NCBI GenBank assembly: GCA_020137815.1 | Contig: CM035360.1 | Location: 7,812,001-7,876,000, forward strand | Length of the DNA stretch: 64,000 bases | Direction: 5' to 3' | Source: Hormiphora californensis | Lineage: Eukaryota > Animalia > Ctenophora | In this document: one piece after another, positions 23,196-36,264 of the stretch | Layout of the letters: each line of letters begins with the position of its first letter | Position numbering within the stretch: the stretch's first letter is position 1 | Made by a program: the position numbers and the translations under genes | The notes under the pieces: generated by a model | What the model saw: the letters and a program-made list of their open reading frames with translations, nothing else | The model's database searches: none | Told to the model about the DNA's origin: nothing

Positions 23196-26100
23196 AACAA
23201 CAACAACAACAACAAAATGGATTTATATACCGACTAAATAGACAAGTACTCTCGATTGGTTCGAAGAGCAATTGCCATTCATAGCGGTTCTCTCATCCTA
23301 TCTTGACATATTGGTTGACAAAAGGTCGTGAATGGTAACTCATACTGGTGACTTATAACTGACATATATAGTAGACTTTATTAACTCTCAACACTTGGTG
23401 ACTGTGGGTGACAAGTATAATCAGAAAAAATAATAACAAAAATGATAAACTGAATAGTATCTTAGATTATAAAGAATTATGTGACAGCAGCAGGGGTGAC
23501 CGTGTGAGAACGGGGACTAATGAATAACCGAAAAGAAATTATTAAAGACTGATGTCGAAAACCAAATAAGGTCTTTCAGAGAAGGTAACAGTAGCATCGA
23601 ACAGGTAGGTCTTCAGGCGAATACGGAAGGAGTCCTCTGAAGGTGCGTCTCTGAGGTTCTCCGGTAGGTTGTTCCAGACATGGGGGAGATATCGGGATAT
23701 TCTCCTTTTTCCCAGTTTGCTCACTTTCACATTTCCAGAAAGTAGCTTTAACTTGTAATGGTCTACTTTACAGCTCTGACGAGTAGACTTCTGCACTGCA
23801 GTATTTTCATCATGTTCCACTAGATCCTGAAGGTACTGAGGGGCACTTCCATAATAGATCTTGTACCCTAGTAGACAGATTTTGAAAAATATCCTCTTCT
23901 CAATCGTAAGGATATGGGAATCACGGTAGAAGGGGTCCAGATCAACTTTCCTCTCTCTGACTCCATGGATGTACCTTATTACTTGATTCATTAGTCCTTT
24001 CAGCGGCTTGATGGTAGAGGCCGGTAGGTTGAAATACAGGGCATTGCAATAGTCCACTTTGGATATGACCAGCTGGGAGGCTAGCATCAGACGTAGAGGT
24101 TTATCAATGAATCGGCGGATCTGCCAGAGGTTCCTCATAGTAACTCCAGCATTCCTCTTGACCATGGAGATTTGACGTTTCATATCCATTTGTTCATCAA
24201 GATAGATACCAAGGGTCTTTCCCGATTTTCCAGCCATGTCCATGGGGGAAATGATGTTCCCATTTAGCTCAAGAGCCAGGTCACTCTCCTCACGTACAAT
24301 ATCCATCTTCTTCTTCTTTCCCAGGATAAGAAACTCAGTTTTATCCTCATTAACCATCAGTCTGTTTTCAATCATCCACGTTCTTACCTCCTCCAAACAT
24401 TTCTCAATAGTCTCCTTTGAACCTGTCCAGCCTTCCACAGGGCAGAATCCGATGTATATAGTGCTATCATCTGCATAAAGTCGTATTGTGAGTCCATACT
24501 TCTTTACAATAGGTTCTAGTGGTTCCACATACAGGGCAAAGAGGACAGGACCAAGAAGAGAGCCTTGGGGTACTCCATATTTGAGAAAGAGCCTAGGTGA
24601 GAGGGCATCTCCAATTTTAACTTTATAGCTCCTGTCATTGAGATAGCTAGTAAACCATTCGAGTACCGTTGATCCAATTCCAAACCGCTTCTCCAGTATC
24701 ATCAAAAGCTGAGGGTGGTCAATGGTATCAAATGCAGCCGAAAGATCAATTTGAACGACTGCCACAACATTTCCTCTGTCCATTTCCCCAAGGACATCAT
24801 CAACGACTCGCACCATATGTGTCTCACAACTGTGGTTGGGGCGAAAACCAGATTGGCATTCACCTCGCAGGTCATTTTTCTCCAAATGTTCATTTAGCTG
24901 TATATTAACAGCTTTCTCGGCTAGCTTGGACAGAACACTGAGATTCGAGACTGGTCTGTAGTTCGCAAGAGAGTCCACATCTCCAGATGTATTCTTGATT
25001 GTGGGCCTCACAATAGCCTCCTTCAGTCCTGACGGGAATACACCACTCTGCAAAGAAGTGTTCACGATTTTGGTAAGCACTGGTAGTAGAGTAGGGAGAA
25101 GCTGCTTCAGCAGAGAGGTCGGGATAGGGTCCAAGTCACAGAACTTATCCGGCAGGCTCTTTACAAGGCTTGCCACTTCATCTTCAGTCATAAGACTGAA
25201 CGTCTCAAATCTTTCTGTCTCTCCTTCAAAAGCACCGGACTCAGTTGATTTCTTTTCACCCAACTCTTCAATCTTGACACCAATCTTCTTCTGTAGTTTA
25301 TCAATCTTGGACTTGAAAAATTCTCCAAACTCAGTTGCTAGTTTCTCCGGGTTGACCATATCTGGGAGGATAACATTGGAGTTACCCAGTAGCTTGCTCA
25401 GTTGTTGGTTGAGCCTCTTTTGATCTCGTCCACAGAGTTCAATATTTCTTCTGGTGTATTCTGACCGTTTTCTGACCTCCATCTTGTTGAAAGCTGACCT
25501 TAGTTCCACATACATGGCCCTTAGCTGCGGCTTCTCTTTTGTCTTGTCCTTTCTCCACTTTCTCTCAGCACGCCGCTTCTTCCTCCGGAGGGTTAGCAGC
25601 TCTTCATCCATCCATGGTGTATACTTCTCTTTCTTCCTTCTCTTCTTCATTGGACAGTGCTTATCAACCAGGGCTAGCAACGTTCCATATAACTTCTCAA
25701 CAAGGCTATCAACATCCTCTTCATCAGCAGGTGAGGTAAACAGTCCACTGGCCTTTAGATCCTCATTAAAACTCTCCACATCCACCTTCGAGAAGTCCCG
25801 ATACCAAATTGTCTCCGGCCGTTTCCTCTTACTGATCCTCGCAGTCAGTTGTAGGTCCACTGTAACAAGATGGTGGTCTGAAGTAGTTCCCTCCTCCAAG
25901 ATCCTAACTGGTTCAAGACAATCTGCTACTGTAGCATCCATCAGGGCTAGGTCCAGAGTACCTCCATGTCTGTGTGTTGATATCAAGGGAACCATCTGTT
26001 TGAAGTCAAACTCCTCGATCATCTCCTGTAGCTTTTTTGGATAAAATTCATCAGGCCTTTCCATGTGAAAGTTGAAGTCTCCCATGATTAATGGTGTCCC

Positions 26101-26371
26101 GACTTTACAGTTTAGTTCCTCAAGGTATCCCTTGAATTCATCCAGGAAGTGGCTCTGGGTATGAGGTGCCTTCTTCGAGTACGGTGGCCTATAGATGTTT
26201 ACTAGCCGGTACATCTCACTAGCATTTCCAATAGTAGTCTCTGTACACTCAAAGGTCTTGAAACACTTGGTAGGTCCAGATTTAACACCCAGGTCCGCTC
26301 TGTATACCACTGCTACTCCACCACCAATCCTCTGCTTCCTCGGTGCCGAGTGGATTTCCCATCCTCTTTCC
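23196..26371 (-). mobile_element. 5'-truncated L2-clade (CR1 group) LINE with (TTG)n 3' tail
   Basis: Open ORF2, a ~330-nt 3' UTR, and a 3' end TATATAAATCCATTTT(GTT)n at ~23196-23230. Confidence 0.9.
23542..26370 (-). CDS. LINE ORF2: partial APE endonuclease plus reverse transcriptase
   Basis: GGGVAV, IYRPP, MGDFN, TLDL and SDH (APE). NYRPVSNL, QSGFR, DLSAAFDTIDH, GVPQGSLLGP and YADD (RT). DYCNAL (L2-type C-terminus). No stop over 922+ codons. Confidence 0.95.
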   Translation of the reverse strand, partial: ERGWEIHSAPRKQRIGGGVAVVYRADLGVKSGPTKCFKTFECTETTIGNASEMYRLVNIYRPPYSKKAPHTQSHFLDEFKGYLEELNCKVGTPLIMGDFNFHMERPDEFYPKKLQEMIEEFDFKQMVPLISTHRHGGTLDLALMDATVADCLEPVRILEEGTTSDHHLVTVDLQLTARISKRKRPETIWYRDFSKVDVESFNEDLKASGLFTSPADEEDVDSLVEKLYGTLLALVDKHCPMKKRRKKEKYTPWMDEELLTLRRKKRRAERKWRKDKTKEKPQLRAMYVELRSAFNKMEVRKRSEYTRRNIELCGRDQKRLNQQLSKLLGNSNVILPDMVNPEKLATEFGEFFKSKIDKLQKKIGVKIEELGEKKSTESGAFEGETERFETFSLMTEDEVASLVKSLPDKFCDLDPIPTSLLKQLLPTLLPVLTKIVNTSLQSGVFPSGLKEAIVRPTIKNTSGDVDSLANYRPVSNLSVLSKLAEKAVNIQLNEHLEKNDLRGECQSGFRPNHSCETHMVRVVDDVLGEMDRGNVVAVVQIDLSAAFDTIDHPQLLMILEKRFGIGSTVLEWFTSYLNDRSYKVKIGDALSPRLFLKYGVPQGSLLGPVLFALYVEPLEPIVKKYGLTIRLYADDSTIYIGFCPVEGWTGSKETIEKCLEEVRTWMIENRLMVNEDKTEFLILGKKKKMDIVREESDLALELNGNIISPMDMAGKSGKTLGIYLDEQMDMKRQISMVKRNAGVTMRNLWQIRRFIDKPLRLMLASQLVISKVDYCNALYFNLPASTIKPLKGLMNQVIRYIHGVRERKVDLDPFYRDSHILTIEKRIFFKICLLGYKIYYGSAPQYLQDLVEHDENTAVQKSTRQSCKVDHYKLKLLSGNVKVSKLGKRRISRYLPHVWNNLPENLRDAPSEDSFRIRLKTYLFDATVTFSERPYLVFDISL

Positions 26372-26731
26372 TAAACAAAACTCTAACCAGACCTTACGGG
26401 CAGCCCTAACCCGTCTCTACCGCAAAAATTGATGGATTGTTAGCAATTGAAAGCCCCTAAACTTAACGTTGTCCCCTTTGAGGGAACCAACGAGTTGCCA
26501 TGCACTGTATACCTCTTTAGTACACGTGCTTTTATTTTATACCACGGATCTGATATATGTCAAATGTGATTCTCCACCTTTATCACCCCGATTCGTGGCC
26601 AGGTGTCCATTCACGATTCGATAGAGATTAGATCAGACAGTCTAATTAGAAAACTCCAAAATTTTATCCTCCCGGTACATCGGAGTTCCAGTAGATCGGG
26701 CCCGACTAGTTGTATTACATATTATGGTTAA

Positions 26732-26951
26732 AGTCGGATTTTTTGAAACTGTCACCCCCCTGAAATAACAAAATTTGCCATATCTCCGGTTCCTGATAAG
26801 ATAGAGACTTGAAATTAGGAGGTTCGGAAGAACTTAGCAAGATCTTCGTAACCTCCAAATTTCAAGTCTCTATCTCGTCAGGAACCGGATTTATGGTCAT
26901 TTACGAAATTTGAAAATACCCAGGGGGGTGACAGTTTCAAAAAATCCGACT
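26732..26951. mobile_element. TTAA-flanked Kolobok-like MITE
   Basis: TTAA|AGTCGGATTTTTTGAAACTGTCACCCCCC ... GGGGGGTGACAGTTTCAAAAAATCCGACT|TTAT. Same TIR at 33297, 37950 and 48082-48326. Confidence 0.75.
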
Positions 26952-27399
26952 TTATTTGACCAATCCAAACATAAATTTTTGTAGTTTTACTACAAACTAG
27001 CAGAACTGGACGAGCAGGTGATAAAAAGCATACTTAGTTTTATTGGTCCACTTTGCCAAGACATGGTACATTATATTGCCCAAGTTCACCCTATTGGATA
27101 GTCTTTGATTGTACAAAGTCTAGCCACACAGTGCTAAATGTAAAACTCTGAAACTAGTGGCTTATCTTACAGACTTCTAATTGTTTTTTCAAGACTCTAT
27201 TCAATAGAGGAGTCATCAGCCGCCCCCAAACTTACACGTCTTCTAATGACCTTTTCTTTGTGTAATGACATTACTAAAGATGTGCAAATTGATAATTTCA
27301 TTACTCTCTACAGAGGTGGTGTAACACCTGTTATATACATATATATCTGTCCGAACAGGTGGTAGTATGGACAAATGAACGTCATCATTTCGTGTTGTG

Positions 27400-30300
27400 A
27401 TGTTCCAAATTCTCGTCGCTTCATCTCTACTTTTCAGTGCAGGATTACTGCCTCTCATCATATATAGGGGAAAGGAACACAGCGACCATCCTTCTTTTAA
27501 GTTCATACTGAGGTAACCTTATTTTGTTTGTTATGTTCTAACCCTCCCTTTACATTTGTAAAGGAACAGGCGGCGCATGAAACAGGGTCTAGCTAGGCAA
27601 TTTTTTGTCACACAGACTTCCTATTCATGAAATAATTGTTTTGACTAATGTAAGCATTATAGTTCATTATATGTTAGCTTCGAGCATGACCCTCTGAACT
27701 TCTCTGGTTTAATTACCGATCAAATTAAATTTTTCTCTCCCATTATATTTAATTTTCGCACAGACATAATTACTGAGTAGTTATTTATAACACAAAATAT
27801 TTCAGTTTTGCTCTGGCAATACTACTCGGCGACGTTTTTATGCATTTGTTACCCGAGATATGGGAGATAGAAAAAAGTACACCAAATAACTTTGCCAGCT
27901 CTAACAGTATTGTCCTTGCAGGTACTTGAATTACCTTATAATGCGTTATAACTACTATAAACAGGGGCGATTATACCGATGTCAAATCTAGAGAAAACTT
28001 CATTCCCTGTCCCCTTGCTCTCTTTATCTATATCTCCCTCTGGCCTCTCTCTCCCCCTCTATCTCATCTCTGTCATTTGGTTATACAGTTAAATACAGTT
28101 ATTACAGTAGCTGAGAACTGGGTGGAGAAATGTGGCAACAAGTGTTTATATAAAATGCATGTTTTACAGTTCAAGTGAATTATTTTTCATGAACTAACTT
28201 ATGTCAACATCTTTTTCATACTCCATAGGTATTGTCTTTTTCTTTGTTCTGGACCGGCTGTTAGGTGATGTTGTTGGCTATCTTACAGTCCTGGCAAACA
28301 CCATCGACAACTTCCTACATGGACTAGCGATAGCCATTGCATTCAATGTTGGTACAAGTACGGGTTGGCTGACTACCGCTGGAATCCTCCTACATGAGCT
28401 TCCACACGAGGTGAGCTAACTGAAAAAAGGGAGAGAAAGAGAGATAGAGCTATAGAGAGATGGAGAGATAAAGCGATAGAGAGATAGAGAGAGAAAAAGG
28501 TTCACCTCTTTAATGGTGCAAGCAAACTAAGTAATAATGCATACAAACAATCGAGCTGGTTGAAATCGGTTGACAAAAATAACAATAATCAACTCCCGTC
28601 TAAAGTCGGAGAGACTGGGATTTTCCCGTAGCGTCTCGATAATCATCGCAAGAGGACAATGTCAGGCATTCTAGTCACGTGCACAAACCAGGCCAGCAGA
28701 GTCTGTCCAATACCCCCTGTTAGATATTCGCTCATACCATTGTATTCTAAGGAAGGCACCGTTGGTGGAATGCCTCCATCTTGTACCTGCGTGGTTGTCG
28801 AAGCCTCACATCCATAGAACTGTCAAAGCATCAAAGTATCCTGATCTTGGTACAGGTCCTGATGTTATGGATGTACCAGATCTACATACTGAATGCACTA
28901 TAATTGCGCTATAAATTCCTTCCCGGTATATTCTGATACCCAGGACAAAGCCTATCCGAGATAGGTAAAACTGGAAACCTGCTCAACAGGATTGCCCTCC
29001 ACAGAAATGCTGACCGTATCCACCACGGAAAATGGTCGCTGGCTAAGACCCTTTGAAAAACTTTGGTCTACTTCGTGTTAATCTTCAAGCCAGCATACCC
29101 TGCTTATTTTACCAGCAAATCCGTTGACTCCTGGAGACCTTACTCAGTATCCAATGCAGCCATGTCATCAGCATATTCGAGGTCCAAGATCCATTCCCCA
29201 CCCTCATCACCCTCAGCACCGTGAAGAGTGAGACCCCTGGAAACAGTCTTGTTGGAGCCGCCCAGTTAATGAGTTACACCTTTTCAATCACAGTTCAAGA
29301 ATATTATATCTTCGGTTCCTGGTGCGATAGTCTTGATCTTTTTTGCGTTTGCAGAGCTGTACTTGATAAGATCTTTCAAATACAACCCCTCGACAAGGCC
29401 TTTGTTATTTGTGTTTTGTGTGTCAACTTACATTTTTTGCACTCTCAAATAATTTGTACCTCCACAGGTAACGGACTACGCGGTACTGGCTCAGTCAGGA
29501 TTTACCAAGCAAGGTGCCGTCGCAGCACAGTTGTGGACTTGCTTTACTGGCATTCTTGGAAGTGTTGTGGGCGTGTACTTTGAACAGTCTTTCTCTTGCG
29601 GGGTGAGTACACTGAGTAGTGAGTAACGAGTAACGAGGGAAATAGGGAAATTAGGAATTTCCTCTTTCTGAGGATTTATAAATCTCGGTTAAGTTTCCCG
29701 GGGTATCTCGCAGTGCACGAAATTGCTGCAACTCAAATCCTGTAAAGGTAGCGGCCTAACAATGAAGCTATTTCCCACGATGCTCGCAAGGTTATTCAGT
29801 GTTGAAATGATTCACTTTGCTTTGAACGTGCATAAGTTGAGTTCGGTAGGTGGACTCTAGTGCTACAGTGGACTCTATATCTAAATTTAGATTTAGATAA
29901 AGAGTCCAAATAAGTCTAAACTCTAGGAGGACTCTATCTCTAAAAAGTCTAAACAGGGCGGACTCTTTATCTAAAAAGTCTACAAAGAGCGGACTCTATA
30001 TCTACATAAATCTAAATTAGACATAGAGTCCGCCATTCTCAGCGAACTCGAGATGTCGGCCGTCAGGCCGGAAACGAGAGTTTGCTGTACCTCTATACTA
30101 ATTGAGAAGTGTTAGGGCCATTATTTGGGTTCGAGGTTAGGGTTAGGGTTAGGGTTAGGTTTTGGGTTGGTTTAGGATTTTAGACATAGAGTCCGGGTTT
30201 GGGGATTTGGCGCCAAAATGTAGCAGGGGACTCTATGTCTAAAAAGTATACACAGGGCGGACTCTATATATCTAAAAAGTCTACACTGGGTGGACTCTTT

Positions 30301-31532
30301 ATCTAAACTTTTTTCAAAGTATAACTGTAGATAAAGAGTCCGCTTTTAGATATAGAGTCCGCCTTGAATTTAGATAAAGAGTCTGTTAGCACTAGAGTCC
30401 GCCCACCGTTGAGTTCGGAGTGCGTGATGGGTCGTGGACTCTAAGTTTAACCGACTCCAGGTCTAAAAAAAGCGTACTCTAAGTCTAAAACGGACTCTTA
30501 GTCTACCATTAGACTTTAAACATAGGGTCCGGATTTTGTAGAATTAGCACAATTTTTTAGACATAGAGTCCCCCTGTTTTAGACTTGGTAGACATACTCA
30601 GGCTTTAGACAAAGAGTCTCCGGACTCTAGGTCTCAAACCTAATCCCAACCCAAAACCTAACTCTAACAATGCCCTAATCCTGAGCAGTAGACCCTCTGG
30701 GGTAAGACCATCCTCGCTACACTAGCCGTCTTATATGAGACAATTATGTATTTAATAAGTTGACCAATCGGCTGTCGTATTGTTTCTGATACCATGAATA
30801 CTGTTTATTAGGGACTGTAGACGACTCATATATTTTATCTCATCGTCGTGTAACGATATCATAATTATCAGCTCTAATTAATTTTCAAACTTTTTATATG
30901 AATAATAATTTACGAGTCGTCAACAGTCCATAATAAACACTATTCATTGTATCAGAAACTATGCGACTCAAAAACAGACGATTGAGTCTTTTTTCTCTGG
31001 GTGTAACCATCCAAAATTGTGATTGTTTAGCTTGCAATGTGTTTTCCCATCTACGACATGTGCAGTGTAATGGTAGTACATTACACATGCTCACACTACT
31101 GCAGTGTACTAATCAGGGTGTGATCTGCATACATCTAAAATGACTGAGCAGCATGCTTGTTTATGAACCTTGGCGTGTTTGCTAGTCTCGCAAGCGCGCT
31201 CGCGACTAACAAACACAACATGCAGATCACACCCTTCTAATAATAATCAATAATAATACTAACTAAAACGCTCTCAATTTCATACTGTTTATTTTTCACT
31301 CCAAAACAAGCAGCACCTTTCGACTCACCATGTTGCCAGATACACTGCTGGCTGTACTAATTATTTACTTTGTTTTCAGAAAATCGTTCTACCCCTGACA
31401 TCTGGTATTTTTCTATACGTATCCACCACCTCCCTTGTTCCAGCGATAGTTGAGAAAACATCTCCTCGAGACACTGGATTACAAATACTAGCAATGATTC
31501 TCGGATTAGCCCTCACGTTTTGGTGCTCTTGA
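27400..31532 (+). CDS. SLC39A13: ZIP13-like (LIV-1 subfamily) zinc transporter, ~232 aa. Exons 27400-27512, 27806-27921, 28229-28410, 29468-29602, 31380-31532
   Basis: SFALAILLGDVFMHLLPE (TM2), ANTIDNFLHGLAIAIAF (ZIP13-type TM4), LLHELPHEVTDYAVLAQSGF (TM5) and LPLTSGIFLYVS (TM7). All junctions are GT-AG and in phase; stop TGA at 31530-31532. Confidence 0.88.
28630..29410 (-). pseudogene. Degenerate RTE-like LINE RT fragment in ZIP intron 3
   Basis: Minus-strand remnants WILDLEYADDMA, GLKINTK and VSSFTYLG, interrupted by stops. Confidence 0.65.
29845..30407. mobile_element. Mutator-like MITE with GGACTCT subterminal repeats and a (TTAGGG)n core, in ZIP intron 4
   Basis: 9-bp TSD GTTGAGTTC. 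TIR GGTAGGTGGACTCTAGTGCTA / TAGCACTAGAGTCCGCCCACC. Confidence 0.88.
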
Positions 31533-33807
31533 TTCAGATATTTTGGGTTTATTGGCGATTGACAAGTGACAAAGTTGTCCCCATTCAATAACCAGAGAAC
31601 ACTATTTTTCATATATTATGGAGAGTTTATTTTGTATTCTGTGTAAAATTTAAATTCGGTTCAGGGTGCTTTCTGCAACAATATAAATATCAGCAACTGC
31701 TTTAATTTAATTCTTCGAAACTATTTTAAGTGAACTGTAGATTGGTAGGACGGGACAAACCTTGGGATGCCTAGACCGTCTCTTTGTTTTGGACGAAGAT
31801 GGAGCGTCTGCTGGCACCTAACTCTTGGAACTGTTCAGTATGTTATATACTAATATTCAATTAAGAACAGGATCGAGCTTTCGACTGATCTATGTCAGTC
31901 GTCTTCTATGTCGATCTATGTCAGTCGTTTTCAGCTATCGATTTTTAGGACCTGACAACATAGGTAAACCGCTCTGATTACTCTGTGTGCAGTTGTACGG
32001 GCCATAGTTATAAACGGTATTTATGCTCAAAATCGGTCTTTTAGCATTTTTTGCTCATTTTGAGCATCTTTAAATCCAAATATTCTTGGTGAGAAAAAAG
32101 TGCGATTTTTCTGGGGAGAGCGCTCCCGTATTAAAACATTGATTCTGAGAGTGCTCGGATGTACATTGTACATTATGCATAATACATTATACATAACACA
32201 TGATGGATCTGAATGAATGCGCCCTCTGTCGCCAAAAGAACTGGCGCCAAAAGAACTGTGCTATATCAGATACATATAAATCTTCAGTACCTAGTGTGCA
32301 AATTTCCCCAAAAAACCGCATATTTACCTCAAAAATATCATAAATCTCACGCTTTTTGGCCAAAAATCGAAAATCTCAAAAGTCTAAGCTACCCTAAAAA
32401 TCGCGAATGAGGGCGATTTTCTTATATCAGCCCCCCTCCCCTAAAGGGAAATTCATGCAACAATATTAAAGCCCTCAACTGGGTTATGTGAAATTTCCGA
32501 CAAACATTGTTCCACCCCTTGATGAGAAACATATAGTTGTAAGGTTAGGAAGAACTCGGAATGGCTATCATAATTCCTATGAACCTCAAAATTAAAGTCT
32601 TTTTATCAGGGGGTGGCCAAGTACCTGGGAAATTTCAAAAAATAACCCTAGTGAGGCCGAGGGCTATTATAATTGTTACCTAAGAATAAGTACCGTGTGG
32701 GGTAATAAAAAGTCCCCCCCCCAAGTCTACCATAGTTCCAGATATCGTGGAGTGCTTAAGTTTGGTACAGATACTTAATGAGACAAATAAATAACTTGAC
32801 CAAAATTTCAGATAAGACCTCTAGCTCAAAATTCATTTTTTTGATCAGAATGAACATAGTCATTCAATCCAAAAAAATATTATCCGGTCCAAAATTTAAC
32901 CAATCATGTTTGGCTATCAATTAGTTTTCTAATGTGACCGAGATCAGTTAAATTGGACCACCATAAGAGACATAGTGTCATGTTTCTTAAAGTTAGTCAG
33001 GTCATGTGATCCTCACCGAATCTTTAAGTGTCCGGGATTGCTAATCAGGTCAAGGGGCGGGGGAATCTCGTATCACGGCCGCTAATGAGATATGTGTACC
33101 AATTCAGGGTGATGTGATTCGAGGAAAGAGGACATTTATCAAAGAGCTACAGATCTCGTGACCAATCAGCATGCATTGTCAATTGTCATTCGTCATCCCT
33201 CTAGCCCCACACGGTACATACACGTGGGGCGCGAATGGCTTTTTTGTTGTACTTGCGCGCGGAGAACCTTTTTTCGGGAAATCTCAGCTTGGTTAAAGTC
33301 GGATTTTTTGAAGTTGTCACCCCAAAATGACTTGACATGTTCCTTGTCTGTCAGCTCTCACACCGGGCCGAAGGCCCGGTGCGAGCTTACGCGAGCCCGA
33401 AGGGCGAGCGTAAGCGAGCTGACAGACATGCGTCTAGGTAGTCTTCCGCCCGCGCATCCACGAGTTGTTAGCAGTGCAAAACACGCCGCGCGCCCATGCT
33501 GCTGAGTTTTCTTCGTCTGTTTCCACCCCCTTAGTGAGCTCTCCGCGCGTGACGTAAAGTATAGCGCATATTTGTGACATGTGGTACATTTTCACCCGGA
33601 TTTGTGGGGTGCAGCACCATGGGTTAAGTGTTGGCACACAGAGAAGGCTGGATCAGAAACTTAGTAGAGGGGAGGCCATGTTTTATACATGTGTTAAAAA
33701 GTGGTCAAAACACAGAACTTAGTTCGAACGTTTGGAGGTTGTGTTCCTGTCAAACTATAACAAAGTATTTTACTATGTACATATTTTAGTCAACATCAAT
33801 AAACACA

Positions 33808-33975
<168 letters not shown>

Positions 33976-35900
33976 ATCTCTCTATCTCAGTGCTTCTCTT
34001 CCTCTCTCACAGTCTCACAGCATATGAATCAAGCATATCAGGTCGCTTCTTTTCAAACAGTCCGGAATTCAGGGCCTTAATCGAGACTGGGAAACCGGAG
34101 TAAAGGTCGTTAATTCCCATCGCTTGTGTGTTGTGGCTTTCTTTGATAACCTGAGAGAAATTGTCGGTTAGCAAGTTCTCTGGAACACCCCGATATTTAG
34201 GTGGAGGACAGGGCAAATAAAATGAGTGTGTAAACGATACAGTAAAAGGGGGGGGGGTGACACGAAACATTTTGCAACATGTGCAGAGAACGTTATGTTT
34301 TCGTTATATGTTACAAAGTGTTACTTGGTGAGAGGGGACCGACATAGAATTGGACAACATTGTTGTAGGTAGTAGAGTATGGTTCTCTGAGAATGTTACC
34401 CTTAAAATCACGGAGATATTTTTGTTATTTATAGGAGAATGACTAATATAGGTTATATTAAGGCAGGGGTCAATTTTAAGCGGGGAAAGGCAGAATGCCT
34501 CGAGAACTATTCTCTGATACCTAAACACTACATGTATTCTCTACTACCTGCACGCAACTAAATACTATAACAATCTTGTCTATGGCGGTCCACTCTCCCC
34601 AATAGAGGGGCAAGTGTTCACTGGACACAATGCCCTTTTGTCCCTCTATTGAACGGGGGGGGGGGGGGGGGGGTTGGACACCATGCCAGGTGAGCAGTGA
34701 TCAATGATCAGCCGTCAGCGTTCATTGATCACTGTTCAATCGGGGGGAGGGGTCCACTCTGTGAAGGGATGTGGGACAGGTTGGGTGTTCATTGAACACC
34801 CAACCTGTCCCATGCATCCCTCCCCGCAATGTCTCTATATAGGAGTTCAACTATTTATACCTGATCTAACGATATGATTCACTTGCTTCAGTGATACATG
34901 GTTCCTGTGGATCATCTCTCGTCATAGAGTTAGCACAGCTTCAGTTAATTCCTCTATATAGCAACATTTCCCCTTGTCCAGGATATGATAATCTGAAGAG
35001 AGGGGTGTTACTAAGGGAGAGGATGGGTGTTAGAACACTCCCGGGATTGAGTTAGTGAGGGTTCAGGATGTGATGATCTGAAGAGAGGGGTGTAACTAAG
35101 GGAGAGGAGGCTGGAGGGGTTCACACGTCCCAATACAAGGCCTGCTACAATCTAACACATTTCCACAGGCCTGCTACTATTAAACACACGTCCACAGGCC
35201 TGTTACAATGTAACACACGTCCTTCTTCAGGAGTCAGGCTACTACAACTACATACTCACGTCGTCACCCAGCCTGCTTACATTGTAATTGATTGTCTTCC
35301 CGTTTCATTAATCTGTTTCATTTACTTCCTCCTCTCATATCAAGCCATTCTATCAATACAGCATCAATACTTCAGATATTTATCCAGCAGCGATGTAGTA
35401 TTCTTTCCCTTCTTTGGGTTAATAAATACCTGAAAAAGTGACGTGTGGCAGTAGAGACCAATGGGGAACTTTAAACTTATATAATCAAAAATAAGTATCT
35501 GTCGGTTAGGGTGACACAAAGTGACAATAATGAAAAATGGAATGCTAAATTTATGCATCAACTTTTAAACTCACCAATCTGTTAGGTTGACACTTCATGC
35601 TATGTTACTGATTCCACAATTTCTCAAATCGACAGTAATTCCTACTTCCTTCGACCCTCTAATTGGAACGTCGTTATCTGTGGAGAAGAAAAAACTTTTT
35701 TAAACGTCTGTTATCTTGGGAATGTTATGTGTTGTTAGGGGTTGGTAGGAAATTATTAGAAGGAAGAAGTCCTTTGTGTGAGATGGGACTCATGATCATC
35801 GTAATATCAGGCAACCTCTGCAAGAAGCAGCTTGTACGCTGACCGTTCAACTCTCAAGTACGGGTCAAAATAGGTATAAACTAAGGCTCAGGTCCTTTAA

Positions 35901-36264
35901 AGTGAGAGGTGTACGAAAACGAAAGTTGGAATTATTATTATTATTATTATACTATGTCTAAACTAATTGTGTGTAACATTCCTTTGTGTCCAATTAAAAG
36001 TTTGATGAAAAGATGACGTCTCGATGTTGTGTTTGAAATTCAGACACATGAGACCTTCACTTTTTCTTGGATCAAAACAATTAAGTTGGTGAAGGTACCA
36101 TGCTTCTAACTTGTGTTTGGAGCTTGCACGTACGTTCCTAGTTAATTTCAAACACAACATTGAGACGTCATCTTTTCACCAATCTTCTAATTGAACATTA
36201 AGAAATGTTATACGCAATTTATTTTATACATTATTCCGACTTTTGTTTTCGTGCACCTCTCACT
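35901..36264. mobile_element. TTAA-flanked Kolobok-like palindromic MITE
   Basis: TTAA|AGTGAGAGGTGTACGAAAAC ... GTTTTCGTGCACCTCTCACT|TTAA. Related copy at ~62050-62270. Confidence 0.8.

Noticed and set aside
24236-26044. Plus-strand ORFs inside the LINE
   Set aside because: Antisense shadows of ORF2.
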